A stretch of 64,000 bases of DNA, taken from Bacteroidaceae bacterium (GTDB lineage Bacteria; Bacteroidota; Bacteroidia; Bacteroidales; Bacteroidaceae). Within the stretch, counting starts at the first letter, position 1, and each line of letters opens with the position of its first letter. Location of the stretch: positions 8,571 to 72,570 of the forward strand of contig JAGCGS010000034.1 of the NCBI GenBank assembly GCA_017649485.1, given 5' to 3'. This document shows, one piece after another, positions 62,044 to 64,000 of this stretch. The notes below the pieces were generated by a model. The model saw only the letters and a program-made list of their open reading frames with translations, did not search any database and had not been told where the DNA came from. The translations under genes were made by a program, and so were the position numbers.

Positions 62044-62310
62044 TTATTTCCTGTTACCGGAGTGACCCTTGAAGGTGCGTGTTGGAGAGAACTCGCCCAG
62101 CTTATGGCCTACCATGTTTTCAGTAATGTAAACAGGAATAAATTTATTTCCGTTATGTACCGCGATGGTGTGACCAACGAAATCTGGAGAAATCATTGAT
62201 GCACGAGCCCAAGTCTTGATAACATCCTTCTTACCGCTTTCATTCATGGCGAGGACTTTCTTCTCAAGCTTCACGTTGATATACGGACCTTTTTTTAATG
62301 AACGACTCAT
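62044..62310 (-). CDS. rpsS: 30S ribosomal protein S19
   Basis: MSRSLKKGP and [11 protein letters not shown] motifs. Confidence 0.98.
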   Translation of the reverse strand: MSRSLKKGPYINVKLEKKVLAMNESGKKDVIKTWARASMISPDFVGHTIAVHNGNKFIPVYITENMVGHKLGEFSPTRTFKGHSGNRK

Positions 62311-62330
62311 AATTTATTCGATTTATCAGA

Positions 62331-63155
62331 TTACTTCTTTCTTCTCTCAATAATATACTTAGACGACTGCTTCTTTGGTGCACGAGTCTTGAGACCCTTA
62401 GAGTACAAGCCCTTGCGAGATCTTGGATGACCACCAGAAGCACGACCTTCACCACCACCCATTGGGTGATCATGTGGGTTCATCACAACACCACGGTTGT
62501 GAGGACGACGTCCTAACCAACGAGAGCGACCGGCTTTACCTGAACTCTCCAGTCCGTGATCTGAATTACCTACACTACCGATAGTAGCTTTACATGCGCT
62601 CAGGATCTTGCGCAACTCGCCTGAAGGCAACTTGATTACACAGTAGTCGCCCTCGCGAGAGGTGAGCTGTGCGAAGTTACCAGCTGAACGAACCAACGCT
62701 GCACCCTGACCAGGACGCAACTCAATATTATGAATCACTGTACCTACAGGTATGTTCTGCAAAGGAAGAGCGTTACCTACTTCAGGAGCCACATCGGGAC
62801 CTGACAACAGGGTTGTGCCTACCTGCAGACCATCAGGAGCAATAATATAGCGTTTTTCACCGTCTGCATAGAACAGCAGGGCGATACGAGCTGAACGGTT
62901 AGGATCATACTCGATAGTCTTCACAACTGCTGGAATGCCGTCTTTATTACGCTTGAAGTCAACGTTACGAATCACCTTTGTATGACCACCACCGATATAA
63001 CGCATGGTCATCTTACCAGTATTGTTACGACCGCCTGACTTCTTAACACCAAACACAAGAGATTTCTCTGGTACCCGTGCAGTAATTTCTTCGAAAGTAC
63101 CAATAATTTTATGTCTTTGACCCGGTGTTGTGGGTTTAAATTTTCGTACTGCCAT
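62331..63155 (-). CDS. rplB: 50S ribosomal protein L2
   Basis: EYDPNRSA and [13 protein letters not shown] motifs. Confidence 0.98.
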   Translation of the reverse strand: MAVRKFKPTTPGQRHKIIGTFEEITARVPEKSLVFGVKKSGGRNNTGKMTMRYIGGGHTKVIRNVDFKRNKDGIPAVVKTIEYDPNRSARIALLFYADGEKRYIIAPDGLQVGTTLLSGPDVAPEVGNALPLQNIPVGTVIHNIELRPGQGAALVRSAGNFAQLTSREGDYCVIKLPSGELRKILSACKATIGSVGNSDHGLESSGKAGRSRWLGRRPHNRGVVMNPHDHPMGGGEGRASGGHPRSRKGLYSKGLKTRAPKKQSSKYIIERRKK

Positions 63156-63160
63156 TTTCT

Positions 63161-63454
63161 TTAAATATTGCTATAAAAATCTATAGTATCACCGTCTCTC
63201 AAGGTTACCACAGCCTTCTTGTAAGCGTTGGTACGGCCTTTGAGCAGACCACTGCGGGTATAGCGGCTCTTGCTCTTACCCTGGTATCTCATTGTATTCA
63301 CGTCAACAACCTTCACGTTGTAGAGCGCCTCAACTTCTTTCTTAATCTCCAATTTATTAGCATCAGGACGAACAATGAAGCCGAAACGATTTGGCATCTT
63401 TTCGGTCATAGCTGTCATCTTCTCTGTTACTAATGGTTTAATAATTACTGCCAT
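63161..63454 (-). CDS. rplW: 50S ribosomal protein L23
   Basis: KPLVTEK and YKKAVVTL motifs. Confidence 0.97.
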   Translation of the reverse strand: MAVIIKPLVTEKMTAMTEKMPNRFGFIVRPDANKLEIKKEVEALYNVKVVDVNTMRYQGKSKSRYTRSGLLKGRTNAYKKAVVTLRDGDTIDFYSNI

Positions 63455-63457
63455 TAT

Positions 63458-64000
63458 TTACGCCTCCTTTTTATCTAACAGATCGTCGATTGCTGAAAGT
63501 GCTTTTTCAGTAAAAACAACCACTCCGGCATCCAATACACGGTAGGTATTAACGCCAGAAACAGTCTGTACCTTGGCACGCTGCAAGTTACGAGCCGACA
63601 AATATACGTTTTTATTAGCTTCTGGTAATACTAAGAGTAGCTTTTTATCAGAAACTTTAAGGTTATTTAACAAAGCTACAAACTCCTTAGTCTTTGGAGC
63701 CTCGAAAGTGAAGTCCTCAACTACCATAATGCCACTATTCTGAGCTTTATATGAGAGGGCAGACTTACGAGCTAACTGCTTTACTTTCTTATTCAACTTG
63801 AAAGAGTAATCTCTTGGCCTTGGACCGAACACGCGACCACCGCCAACCAATACTGGTGAGTTGATATCACCATGGCGGGCACCGCCACCACCTTTCTGAC
63901 GACCTAATTTACGAGTAGAGCCACTGATTTCGCTTCTTTCCTTAGACTTTGCTGTACCCTGGCGCTGGTTAGCCAAAAACTGCTTTACGTCCAGATAGAT
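63458..64000 (-). CDS. rplD: 50S ribosomal protein L4 (partial, start beyond the window)
   Basis: [11 protein letters not shown] and [11 protein letters not shown] motifs. Confidence 0.96.
   Translation of the reverse strand: MYLDVKQFLANQRQGTAKSKERSEISGSTRKLGRQKGGGGARHGDINSPVLVGGGRVFGPRPRDYSFKLNKKVKQLARKSALSYKAQNSGIMVVEDFTFEAPKTKEFVALLNNLKVSDKKLLLVLPEANKNVYLSARNLQRAKVQTVSGVNTYRVLDAGVVVFTEKALSAIDDLLDKKEA

Overview
A 64-kb chromosomal window from a Bacteroidales bacterium (Bacteroidaceae/Prevotellaceae-like), judged from TTTG-N19/20-TAnnTTTG promoters, gene order and Bacteroidetes-type ribosomal proteins. Most of it is housekeeping: bamA-uppS, ribD/prmC-recX-pyrE-argH-tRNA-Leu, ECF sigma-argB-speA, aroK/rnhA, rpmH/efp, lpxH, mutL-ostA-surA-guaB, an MBOAT/SGNH O-acetylation operon and the S10-spc-alpha ribosomal cluster. 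Accessory carbohydrate genes are scattered through it: an acetylesterase, an unclassified (alpha/alpha)6 glycosidase with a deacetylase, GH92, GH29, GH13 and a Gfo/Idh/MocA + DUF1080 pair. I saw no transposase, integrase, CRISPR array or recognisable defence system. The unexplained signal is mainly non-coding. (i) Two 165-190 bp nested palindromic cassettes have perfect AT-rich cores (38 bp at 10103-10140, 61 bp at 43242-43302) and each lies near a copy of the same REP-like multi-hairpin element; the first sits between two consensus promoters that have no ORF downstream, one of which drives a candidate structured ncRNA. (ii) An orphan double-glycine-leader peptide gene (28755-28997) has its own promoter and terminator and lies downstream of iteron-like repeats. 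(iii) ATTGA(C/A)N heptamer arrays sit at gene junctions, contribute protein termini, and twice form inverted pairs across a start codon. All product calls come from motif recognition, not database searches.
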